Notes under the pieces: generated by a model
Seen by the model: the letters and a program-made list of their open reading frames with translations, nothing else
Told to the model about the DNA's origin: nothing
Database searches by the model: none
Program-made: the position numbers and the translations under genes
Part shown: piece after piece, positions 51,694-61,659 of the stretch
Position numbering within the stretch: position 1 is the stretch's first letter
How the letters are laid out: each line of letters starts with the position of its first letter
Origin: Felis catus
Taxonomy: Eukaryota
Direction: 5' to 3'
Length of the DNA: 64,000 nt
Assembly: GCF_018350175.1 (NCBI RefSeq)
Contig: NC_058382.1
Span: 51,214,001 to 51,278,000 of the forward strand

Positions 51694-53387
51694 GTCATGC
51701 ATGTCTTTGTGTCTGAGGCTCAGCCTGGGGTTTTGAGGCAGGCAGATGCGGTTCAAACCCAGACCCCTCACTCAACTCACAACCTTGGGAAATTATCCCA
51801 CTGCACATTCTCCCTCTTGCACAACTTAATTCTTTGAACTAAAAAATATAGCTTCAAAATTCAAGAAGTATAAGAGGATGGAAAAGCCTCCTCTCTTACA
51901 CACATGAACGCACACACAAACACCAGCCACCCGTGTCCCTGACCCAAGGGCTCGCAGCAACTATTTTTAAATTCTTAGGTATCTTTCCAGAGAGTAAACA
52001 AAATACATTCATGGGTGTGTATTCTTTGTCCTCCCTTTTAATACACGATGGCAAATGGCAATGCAAATGACTGTACCTTGCTTCCATTGTTGAGGGGGCC
52101 CAGGAGCCAGCCTACATCTGGGCTGGGGCAGGGTACTGGCCACATTTGAGGTTTGACCCCCACCCCAGCCCATCTGCAACTTAAATACTGTGATCCATTG
52201 GTGTGTTTGGTCTGTTCCAAATAAAAGAGAATCACTTCTTCCTCCTGCCCTCACACTGTCCCCCCAACCCCCATGGCCACCTGCAGAAGTGCATCGGGGC
52301 TGCTGCCTAGGCTAAAATTAGGTAGAGAACTTACGGGACTGGAAATGCAGGGTGTTGGTGACCCTCTCCAGTAAAGTGAAGACCCTCAGGAATTTGTTAT
52401 TGTAATCAGCACCTTGGAGAGCATCCAGGCTCCTGGAAGTCTCAGGGGATGGGGTTGGTGGCCTGGGAAAATCAAGGGCTTGAGTTTATTAACTCCAGAA
52501 TTCCAGATTCTCAGGGGTTGGTAGTGAGACCCAGCAAGCGGTGGGAAGCTTTTGCCCCAATTCTGTGCAGCTGACTGAAGTCAGAGAGGGCTGAGGAGGA
52601 AGTCTTTTCCATACAGAGCCCTGAAATTGGGACTGAGAAGTTAGAGATGGTTCCCTAAAGAGAGAATGATCTCCCTGTCACGGGAGAACCTTAAAGTTGC
52701 TATCCACAGAGGAAAGCATTTTTCTCATTTCTCAAATGTGGCCAAGACCACAGTCAGATGGACAGAAGTGACTGCCAGGCTTTCAACAGGGTGGAGCAGG
52801 TGGGAGATCTCCACACTCCCACCACACTCAAAATTACATCCAGAAGCCTCCAGCATGCCCCAGGAGGCCCTGAGTGATCTGCCATCCCACTTGCCCCACC
52901 TTGCCTCCTGGTGCTTTTGACTTTCTCGCTAGACTCACACCAGCCACACCAGGCCCTTAGCCATTACTTGGGCATCTGCCTCACTCGCTCCCACCGCTGG
53001 GGCTTTGCCCTTGTCCCTCCGCCTGGCATGGTTCCCTCTTCCATGCTCCCCACGCCATGGAGTGGGCAGGGCTCCCTTCCCTCACCTCTATATCAAGAAG
53101 CACCCTCTACCCTTTCCCTCTTCAACCCCTTGCTTCACTTTGTTCCATCCACCGCAGTTACTGTCGCCCACATTGATAGCCTGTATCTCCGTTCAATGTC
53201 CATTTTTCCCATGCAGGATCCACACCCTGCAAGGGCCTCTCACAGAACCCAACGTGTAGTAGGCGCTCAATAAATGCGTTTTGATTGCTAGTAGCAGAGA
53301 CACTGTGCCAACAACCCACCCACCTCCATCTGCCTTAGACAGCCAGGCGTCTATCTTCTCTGGCTCAATCTTCCTTTCGTTCTGCAG

Positions 53388-53447
53388 AGGGAAGTCTGGA
53401 GCCACAGATTGAAGACCTGATTAACCGGATTAATGAGCTTCAGCAAG
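53388..53447 (+). CDS. SYCE1L: SYCE1L exon 3 (EGSLEPQIEDLINRINELQQ)
   Basis: Canonical AG/GT, 60 nt; SYCE1-family motif GSLEP.IE.LI.RIN. Confidence 0.93.
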
Positions 53448-53635
53448 GTAAACGCCAGGACCTAGGCTTCCTAGCTGGCCAGGAAGAACCTCGACTTGGA
53501 GTGCCTCCACCTCCTCAGCTCTAAAATCCAGGCACCTCTGGCTTCCTTAAAGATGAGTGTACTGAGTCTCAGTGTGCAAGAGAATAGCAGAGGTAGAGGC
53601 TGCACTCACACAGTGTCTTCTCTTTTTTGGCCTAG

Positions 53636-53710
53636 CAAAGAAGAAATCCAGGGAGGAAATGGTAGAGGCCCAAGCTCTCTGGGAGAGCCTGCACAGGGAA
53701 CTGGACTCCT
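53636..53710 (+). CDS. SYCE1L: SYCE1L exon 4 (AKKKSREEMVEAQALWESLHRELDS)
   Basis: cctag acceptor, GTAAGT donor, 75 nt. Confidence 0.93.
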
Positions 53711-54277
53711 GTAAGTGGCACTAAGAGAGGGACCCAGAGATCTTAGGAGCACTGCTGATGTTCTCTGCATGCCTCAAGGTCTTTGCATGGATGTTCCCTC
53801 CACCTGCATTGCTCTTACCCCTATAATCCAGATTGCCTTTTGTTGTCTCATCACCTTTCTGCTGTCAGCCCAAACTTCATTCTAACAGGTTGACCTCAGT
53901 GCCCCATCGGAATATGGAATGGCACCTTCTGTCTGTCACCATCACTTTCCTGCTTGACTTGTTTCTTCACAGCCTTTATTTCCACTTGACATAACAGATT
54001 TATTTCTAGTCATCTATTCCATTGGCCTAAACCATGTGCATTCTGCAGTCTTCGCTCCTTTGGCATTTGCAGAGAATGTGGACACTGAGGGGGAGAAACT
54101 GGATCAGGATGCCCCCCCCCCAGTAGGAGATGGGTGCGGGTGGCAAGAAGATACCGCCCCCCCCTGCCCTGGCACTGTTCCTTACCTTCGGCAACCTTGG
54201 TATGCCTTGTGCTCGAAGTGGCAGTGGGGGCACGGGGTGTGGCCCCTGGAGGCTCAAAGTGTCACTGTGTTTTCCAG

Positions 54278-54325
54278 TGAATGGAGAGAAAGTTCACCTA
54301 GAGGAGGTCTTGAGCAAAAAGCAAG
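54278..54325 (+). CDS. SYCE1L: SYCE1L exon 5 (LNGEKVHLEEVLSKKQ)
   Basis: tttccag acceptor, GTATTT donor, 48 nt. Confidence 0.93.
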
Positions 54326-54598
54326 GTATTTATCAGCTCTCTGTCTTCATTGTTCTACCCCATTCTACCCACAAAAGCCCACCGTTCCCAGAATAGCTAG
54401 AGGAATCCCACTGACACCCGAGTCAGGGTGCTTCCCTCTCTGCTCACATCTGTCCCTTGGCGGCCACCTGACTCGAAGTAAACACTAAGGGCCTCTGAGT
54501 GCCCTCCGATGTGTGATATGATGTGGGGCCCATGACGTCCTCCCATCCCTGATTCCCCAAGAGCTCACACAGGGCTCCCTTGGTTCCTCTCCCCACAG

Positions 54599-54653
54599 AG
54601 GCACTGGGGATCCTCCAGCTGCACTGCCAGAGGAAGGAAGGTGGAGCTCAGAG
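54599..54653 (+). CDS. SYCE1L: SYCE1L exon 6 (EALGILQLHCQRKEGGAQR)
   Basis: ccccacag acceptor, GTAAGA donor, 55 nt. Confidence 0.92.
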
Positions 54654-54919
54654 GTAAGAGGTCCTGCCCAACTCTTCCCTACTTTGTTCCCAACCTGAAG
54701 GAGGATGGGACAAGAGCTACGGAATATTTACCTTGGACACACACTTCTCATTTTTCCTTTCTGCAGAGTAGCTAGACTTGAGACTCTCTCTCATCTTTGA
54801 TATCAGATAATAGTGTTGAGATTAACTCACTCATTTAAACGTTCATGGCTAGTTTCTTTATTAAATAAATTTCACCCACTGGTGTTATTCTGAATCTTCC
54901 CTTGGTTACCAGCTCTCCC

Positions 54920-55300
54920 ACCATCCATTCAATTGTTTATCTATCTGCCCCTTTAGGCCCCCCAGTCATCCATTCACCCACCCACCCATCCATTCATCTA
55001 CGCATCTATGCAATCCTTTTCAAGCCAGCCAGCCAACCATTATGTCTTCCATCCAATCACCCATTCACCCTCACTCCATCTTTCCAATCACCCATTCATC
55101 TAGCTGTTTATTTCTTCCCCCAACCATCCAGCCAGCCATCTATCCATCCTTCTAGCAATTCCTCCTTTATTTCTCTGTCCAGCCACCATCCCTCCACACT
55201 TCATTTGTCCAGCCAGCTATCCTCTCTTCCGCCAGTCACCCGCCCATCCAGTTATTGTCCATCCGACCATCTCTCTATCCACCTCCATCCTTTGAACGTT
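54920..55300 (+). repeat. Degenerate (CCAT)n-like low-complexity tract
   Basis: Repeated catccatc/ccagccagcc. Confidence 0.8.
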
Positions 55301-55821
55301 TCCTTTCTTGTGACCAGATGTCTCACACCCTGGCGGACCATGATTTTAACAGTGTAGGAAAACCCGGTGATAAAGTGGATGTATGCTTAACCACACCACA
55401 CGTATCAGTTTATGTTCGTTTTTCTACCGAATCCCCACAATGACAAGGGCAGGAGTTAAGGGCTACTGTCACCTTCCCACCACTACCACCATTTTACATA
55501 CGAGGAAACTGAGACCCGGACTGGTCGAGTAGCTTGTCCAGGGTCCCAGTAGAATAGCAGATCCAGAATTCAGGTCAGGACTTTACAATCTATTAAGCCA
55601 AACTACTGTACCCCTCACGGAAGTTTCTTGGGAAGGCATGGTTTGATGAGGGACAGGATGAACAGGGTGATCATCTCAGAGGCCCATAATGCTGCCCACT
55701 GTGTCACAGAAGAAAGGAGAATGATGAAGGTTATGAACAGACCACCCCACCCCCCAACCTTGCTGAAGGAAATGGAGGCTTATTTAGAGACTATGACTAA
55801 GAGCTGTCTTTCTCCTTCCAG

Positions 55822-55905
55822 GAAGAACGTGTTGCAGGAGTGCACAGAGCAAATTTCTGTCCATAACTGTCAGGTTACAGAGAGTTACAGGCAGAGGAAG
55901 CTGGG
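55822..55905 (+). CDS. SYCE1L: SYCE1L exon 7, SYCE1-like cassette (KNVLQECTEQISVHNCQVTESYRQRKL)
   Basis: ttccag acceptor, GG|GTAACC donor, 84 nt, phase 2-2, open; similar to the SYCE1 segment KHTMLQECKERISALN as recalled. Confidence 0.75.
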
Positions 55906-56161
55906 GTAACCCCACATCTACAGCCTGATGTGGCAATGGCTGGGCATGGGAGTGGGGCTTGCATCAGGGAGAGTTTGTTGGAAGAGGAGCTGTTGGAAAC
56001 AAGGCTTGGAGAAGAAAGCCCATAAAGGGGCTCCTAGTAGAGGGAGCACCAGGCAGAGATCCAAGGGTCCCCCAGAGGAATCCCCAGACTGGGCCAGGCT
56101 GGGTGTCAGTCTCAGTGTCAGTCTAGCATGTGCTCTCTCATCCCTGGGTCTTGGCCCCTAG

Positions 56162-56225
56162 GGTTCAGGTTGAAGAACAGCTGGAGAATTTGATGAGCCA
56201 GCACAAGGACCTCTGGGAATTGCAC
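56162..56225 (+). CDS. SYCE1L: SYCE1L exon 8 (VQVEEQLENLMSQHKDLWELH)
   Basis: cctag acceptor, GTGAGC donor, 64 nt; motif QLE.LM.QHKDLW. Confidence 0.93.
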
Positions 56226-57099
56226 GTGAGCTATCCTCCTTGCCTCCAACCAAAGCCCTTCGTCTCCTGGCTTCTGTGTCCCCACAGACTGGCTCGGTGT
56301 CCACCCACTGCTCAGCCCCAACTCCATGGGACAGTCCTTGTCTCCATTCTTCCTCTTACCCACCTAGTCAGCCCTTCAGCTTTTACCTTAAATCTAGTCA
56401 CCTCTTACCATCCCCCATTGCCACGTCTAGCATCTATGGCCCGGCCTGTTGCAGTAGCCTTCGCCGAGCATTCTGCTTACTTCCTGCTCACCTAGAGTTC
56501 GCTCCCCTTGCAGTGGCAAATGGGAACCATGAAAAGGCCATGGTTTGATCATCCCTTCATTCAATTAATGTTGCTGGATGCATCCAGCAACATTCCAAGC
56601 AGGAGGAGACAGTGAGGAGCCAAAGGGGTCAAGGATTTGTTGTCCCCAGGATGGTTGGGGGGTGGAGGGGGGCATACTCAGACTCCAAACAAAAAATAAG
56701 TAGATAGATCATGTAATGTCAGTGGGGAAGGCGTCTCTAAGCAGGTGACATCTGAATGCAGACATAAAGTAAGGGAGGAAAACATTCAGGTGTCGTGGTG
56801 CAAATGCTCCTGGAAGAAGGAAAGGCAATGCAAAGGCCCTGAGGCTGACGTGCATCTTGGGTATTTGAAGAAGAGCAAAGGGTGGGGTGGGGTGGGGTGG
56901 GGGGTGGGGAGAGTGAGAAGAGATTTGAGAGGTGCACGGGTATATAGGGAGCTTTTGGAGAAGAAATGTGTCTCACCACCACCAACCACAGCAGGAACTG
57001 CACATGGAGTTAAATCGAATGAATGAATGAATGAATGACCTAATTCCGGTAAGGACTTGATGAGAGGACAGACAGACGGACAGGTCCCTTCTCTCGCAG

Positions 57100-57169
57100 A
57101 TGTTGAAGCAGCGATTGACCTGGGAGATACGTGCCCTGCAGAGCAGCCAGGAGCAGCTGCTCACTGAAG
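57100..57169 (+). CDS. SYCE1L: SYCE1L exon 9 (MLKQRLTWEIRALQSSQEQLLTE)
   Basis: ctcgcag acceptor, weak AAG|GTTGTA donor, 70 nt. Confidence 0.88.
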
Positions 57170-57258
57170 GTTGTACTCCGAGCAGGGGGCGGGGCGAGGG
57201 GCGGGGCCGAGTCCGCCGGAGCTCCCGGCCCCGCCCGTGACACCCCGCCCACCCACAG

Positions 57259-57346
57259 AGAAACTGGCCCGGGACAAGTTGCGGGAGGTGGAGCGGAGGC
57301 TGCGCTCGCCGCCCGAGGTCGGGGGCGCCCGGATGGTGAACGACGG
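57259..57346 (+). CDS. SYCE1L: SYCE1L exon 10 (EKLARDKLREVERRLRSPPEVGGARMVND)
   Basis: cccacag acceptor, GTGAGA donor, 88 nt. Confidence 0.9.
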
Positions 57347-57609
57347 GTGAGAGGGCAGAGGCCCTGGGGTGAAGGGGAAGGAACCAGGAGGAGAGGAATG
57401 GGCTAACTTTCCCCCCTCGCTCCGGCACAGCCTCCAGCCAACCCCGGGGCGGGCTGGCGGGACTTCTGGGGCGCCGCGATCCTTGCACCCCCGCCGCTCC
57501 GCCTCGGCTGCTCTGCGTCTGCGGTCTCTGTCGGGATCTCGGTGGCTTCCTCCCCTTGCCGCCCCACTCTCGTTCTCTTCTTCCTCTCTCCGCCCCCCCT
57601 GCTCTCCAG

Positions 57610-57694
57610 GCAGCCGGCGGAGGTGGAGATACTCGAGGGGCAGGAGACTGCCCCAAACCGTTGCCCCCCAAAGGACGCGGCCTGCAAAGGAGAG
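57610..57694 (+). CDS. SYCE1L: SYCE1L exon 11 (QPAEVEILEGQETAPNRCPPKDAACKGE)
   Basis: ctccag acceptor, GAG|GTAGGG donor, 85 nt. Confidence 0.82.
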
Positions 57695-57893
57695 GTAGGG
57701 AGCCCGGCGATGGCGGCGAGGGGGCGGAGACGGCGGGGCTGCCCTCGGAGTCCCTGGGAGTCAGCGTCCGTGGGGAGCAGGGCGTCCCGGCGGAGGACGT
57801 GAGGGACAGGGTAAAGGCAGCCGCCCGCCCGCGTGCCCGGAGGCCAGCGCCCTCGGGAGCCGGGGCCCGCAGCCTGACTCGTGGCTCCCGCAG

Positions 57894-57953
57894 GCCGGCC
57901 CCGAGCGCCCCAGCGCCCGCAGCGAGGACCTGGAGCCGCCCCCAGACCCATAG
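57894..57953 (+). CDS. SYCE1L: SYCE1L last coding exon (AGPERPSARSEDLEPPPDP*); synaptonemal complex central element protein 1-like, 273 aa in total
   Basis: CTGAC branch point and cccgcag acceptor; TAG at 57951-57953; exon lengths sum to 822 nt; resembles the human C-terminus AGPELPRARDEEDPEPP. Confidence 0.82.
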   Translation, partial: AGPERPSARSEDLEPPPDP

Positions 57954-58002
57954 GACCCGCCCCGCCCCCTCCCCCCACGCCCCTCCTTCGAAGGCGACCG
58001 GA

Positions 58003-58008
58003 AATAAA
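58003..58008 (+). terminator. SYCE1L polyadenylation signal AATAAA
   Basis: Canonical hexamer 50 nt after the stop codon, followed by a pyrimidine-rich stretch. Confidence 0.8.
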
Positions 58009-58399
58009 GGCGCGGATTTCGGACCGTCCTCCACCTCCAGCTTCAGTCTGTTCTCCAATTCCTGTTTTACCAACAGGGGCTAAAGGGAACGTGTTAAACA
58101 CCCATATAAGGTCCTGTATGTCTCCTAGTAAATCCCAGCCTCCCAACAGCCCCTGCATCCCCCACAGACGCCACTGACCTCGGGCCCCTTCCCTGCCCCC
58201 CTCACCCGGGCAGTTCCAGCCAGCTGCTGCTGCACCCTCTCCAAGTACTTTTTCATCTCAGGACCTTTGCCCTGCTGTGTCCTTACGTGGGGGGGGGGGG
58301 GGGGGGGCTTTCCCCAGGTCTCTACAACAGCAAGTCGGTTAAGTATGTCAGCTCCCTTGGAGGCTGGCGTGGGGGACCCTGTTCCAAAAGGTGTCTTGT

Positions 58400-58580
58400 T
58401 GGGGCGCCTGGGTGGCTCAGTGGGTTGGGCATCTGACTCTTGGATTTTGGTTGGGTCATGATCCCAGGGTGGTGGGATCGAGGCCCTGGTGCGACTCTGT
58501 TCTGAGTGTGGATCCTGCTTAAGATTCTCTCTCTTCCTCTGCCCTCAGCCCCTTCCCCCTTTCAAAAAAAAAATAAAATG
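58400..58580 (+). mobile_element. Can-SINE with TSD caaaaggtgtcttg
   Basis: SINE consensus and flanking direct repeats. Confidence 0.88.
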
Positions 58581-59484
58581 AATTTAAAAAAATTGAAATT
58601 CAAAAGGTGTCTTGCGCCAGGTTCCTGTCATTTACCAAACATGTATTCATAAAATGCACGTGCTGGTTGCTGTGTGCCAGGCACTATTGGAGGCCCTGGT
58701 TTTAAATCAGAACAGGGGCTTGTAATCTATTAAGTGCTTACTAAACGGTTCACATCAACTTACTGTTATTCCCAGGCTGCAGATGAGGAACACCAAGGTG
58801 TGTATATCTCTTAGAACAGGGATTTTTATGCAATAAATACTCAATACATTGTACCTACTGTTTATTATTCTCGTTACTATTCTTATCATTACCAATCTAG
58901 AGATGAAGAAAATTGAGTCAGTGAGTGTAAACAGTAAGCCCATAATAAATATTCAGTCTCGCCATTGTTATTATAGCACAGATGAGGCCACAGAAAGCTT
59001 TAATCCCTGTTCCATGGCTTCTACCAGGCCCAGCTGACGACTGGCCTGCCCCTGATCACCTGCCCCACTGCCCACCGTGTAGATTACAAAATGCCCAGGC
59101 TTCAGGAACGCACTTTACACAATTGTCATGCCATCAGAACTGTTGAATGGCTGTTGAGGAGCAGGACAATCACATGTTCTTAAGCTTTTACCCTACGCCT
59201 TATTTATTAACTCTGAAGGGGGGGGGTGTACCTTTACAGTGGGGAGATCAGAGGGCGAGACCACCTGAACCAGAGGCTGAGTGTCGCATGACCAGCTGGG
59301 GGGCCACTTGACCATATTTTCCTGGTGCGACGTGTGTCAGGTACCCATCAGCACGCATGTGAGGATCTTGATGAAAATGCTTAACTTAAATTGAATCAGT
59401 TGGAAACTACGGTGAGGGTTCTGTAGCACAGCTCCCATGCACATCAGGAACAGGTCCGTGTCGTGAAGAATTGGAGAAGCTCTT

Positions 59485-59930
59485 ATGTATCAGTTTCCTG
59501 TCACTGCGGTAATAAATTGCCACAAACCCGGTGGCTAAACCAAGCGTATTACAAATGTGTTACCTCAGAGTTCTGGAGGCCAGAAGTCCCAGTTCTGGAG
59601 GAACTGGGTGTCGTCAGCGTTCTGCTCCTTCTGGATGCTCTTAGAATCTATTCCTTACCTTTTCCAGCTTCTCCAGCTGCCTTAAATATTTGCCTCCTTC
59701 CTTCCAATCCCTGCTTCAATCTGCACATCTCCTTCTCTGACTTTGACCCTCCTGCCTCCCTCTCCAGGACCCCTTCTGATGACATTAGGTAATCGGGGAA
59801 AATCCCCCAACCCAAGGCGCCTAACTAAACCACACCTGCAAAGTCCCTCCAGCCACAATTAGGTCACATACCCCCAGGTTGTGTGGATTAGGATATGGAC
59901 ATCTTTGGGGGCCATTATTCTGTGCTACCA
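59485..59930. mobile_element. MLT1 LTR
   Basis: tgtatcagtttcc...gttctggaggccagaagtcc...gggggccattattctg. Confidence 0.8.
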
Positions 59931-61582
59931 CCCTGGAGGACTGTTCTCGAGTGGGAGAGACCAAAGAGACCAAAGGCAATTCATGAAACTTGACTGGGCC
60001 CTGCATCAAGGCTGGGAGAAAACAGCTGCAAAAGACACGGTGGGGTCCTTGGGGGGAATTTAAGAACAGAGTGAAATTTGGATGGCAGGGCGGAATTAGT
60101 GTGGATTTCTAGCAGTGGCACTGGCAGGGGGTTGGTTGCAGAGTGTCCTTATCTTGGCGGGAGGCGGTCGGAAGTAGGTTTTAAGTTTCCTAAGGTCTGC
60201 CACCAGTGCTCCAATGGTTTGGCAGAGCGGAAGTGGGTCCGTGTGTGGATTCAGAGACGGGGAGGATAGAGTGGGTGCAGAAAGAGACTAGTAATCGGCG
60301 GGCGGGGGGGGGGGGAGGGTTGTATGATTCTTTTTCAAGACTTGAAACCCCTTATCATAAACCTAATAATAAGCGGAAACTTGGGGTTCCGTTTCCATAG
60401 CCCCTTCCTGTCTCCTAAATGTCCCAGTGGGAAGCCCCTGAGATGGCGGACTTTACATTTGGGATGAGCACGGGTAACACCAGACTCGAGAACGTGTCCT
60501 CGACCCGCCCACCTCTTCATTCGAACTCTTGACTTTCTCCAGAGGTGACCGTGCTGGTTCGTGATGTTCTCGTTAGGTCCCAGCTCGACTCTGCCTTCTC
60601 GATGAAATTTCTTTATTGGTATTCAGTTCCTCAGAAATGAGAAGTGCATCTCAGGCTCTCAGGCTCTCCCAATTGCCATGGCTCGTCAGGAGATGTTCTG
60701 ACTCTCTCCTCGGCCAGGGATTTCTGGAATTACAAGGGAGAATGAAGCCTGGCCCGGCCTACAGCAGCCTCCAGAAGGAAATGAGGCTCTACCCTGGTGG
60801 CCTTTCCTGGTCTATAACAAATCTGTGTCCTTTGGCTTTTGATCTGCTAGTTGTTCTCCAGGCTAAACTGACCTCCCTCTCCCCGCCCAGCTCCTCTGTC
60901 CGCAGGGCTGGTATTCAGTTCCCTGAATTTATTCCCAGAACTTTGCTTTTTGGTCTTTCAGGCTCACATGTGAACGGATCCCAGGGTGGGGAGCTCAGCT
61001 TTGCCAAAGGCTGAAGAGCAAGCCCCTGGGGAACTGAGCTAGAGAGGAGCCAACCTTGAAAAGCAGGGGGAGGAGCCAGAGGGACTCCTGGGGTTCACAC
61101 ACGGGGAAAGGGAGGGGCAGGCGACCTCAGCAGCATCTTGGGGGGACATTCAGCCATCTGTCCAGGTGACGGACCAGCTCCCGGGACCCTTAGCAACCCA
61201 GCCCCGCCTCACTCTTGCTGTGTGACTTCACCAAGTCACTTAGCTTCACTTCACCTCAGTGTCCTCATCTGGAAAGCACAGGCTTGTGAGGGTTAAAGAA
61301 ATATCTAGAATGCCCCCAAGACAAGACCTGGCCCAGGACAGCACTGGGTTGGACATAGATAGCTGCCATCATTACCACAAAGAATTTTCGTATTCGCATT
61401 TGGTCACTACGTCAGCGATCACAGCGGATCCCCATCAATACCACTGGTTGGTCGCTTAACTACAACCAGGATAGAGCTGGGATTCAAGCCCAGGTCTTCC
61501 TACCTCGAGTCAAGAATTCTCCCTGTTCCACATGCCACACACACACTCCATTCTTCCCCCTTCCATCCAGGTTTGTCTGGCT

Positions 61583-61584
61583 TT

Positions 61585-61646
<62 letters not shown>
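61583..61646 (+). repeat. (TTTC)n microsatellite
   Basis: Seen directly. Confidence 0.95.
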
Positions 61647-61647
<1 letters not shown>

Positions 61648-61659
61648 GCTTCATCTTTA

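Noticed and set aside
57695..57802. Read-through stop for SYCE1L at 57802
   Set aside because: A good donor at 57695 and a downstream exon matching the expected C-terminus fit better, although intron retention is not excluded.
56973..58158. Long minus-strand ORFs (366 aa and 251 aa) and a 175-aa plus-strand ORF
   Set aside because: They are stop-poor by-products of the GC-rich island over the SYCE1L exons, with low-complexity G/R/P/A composition and no recognisable domain.
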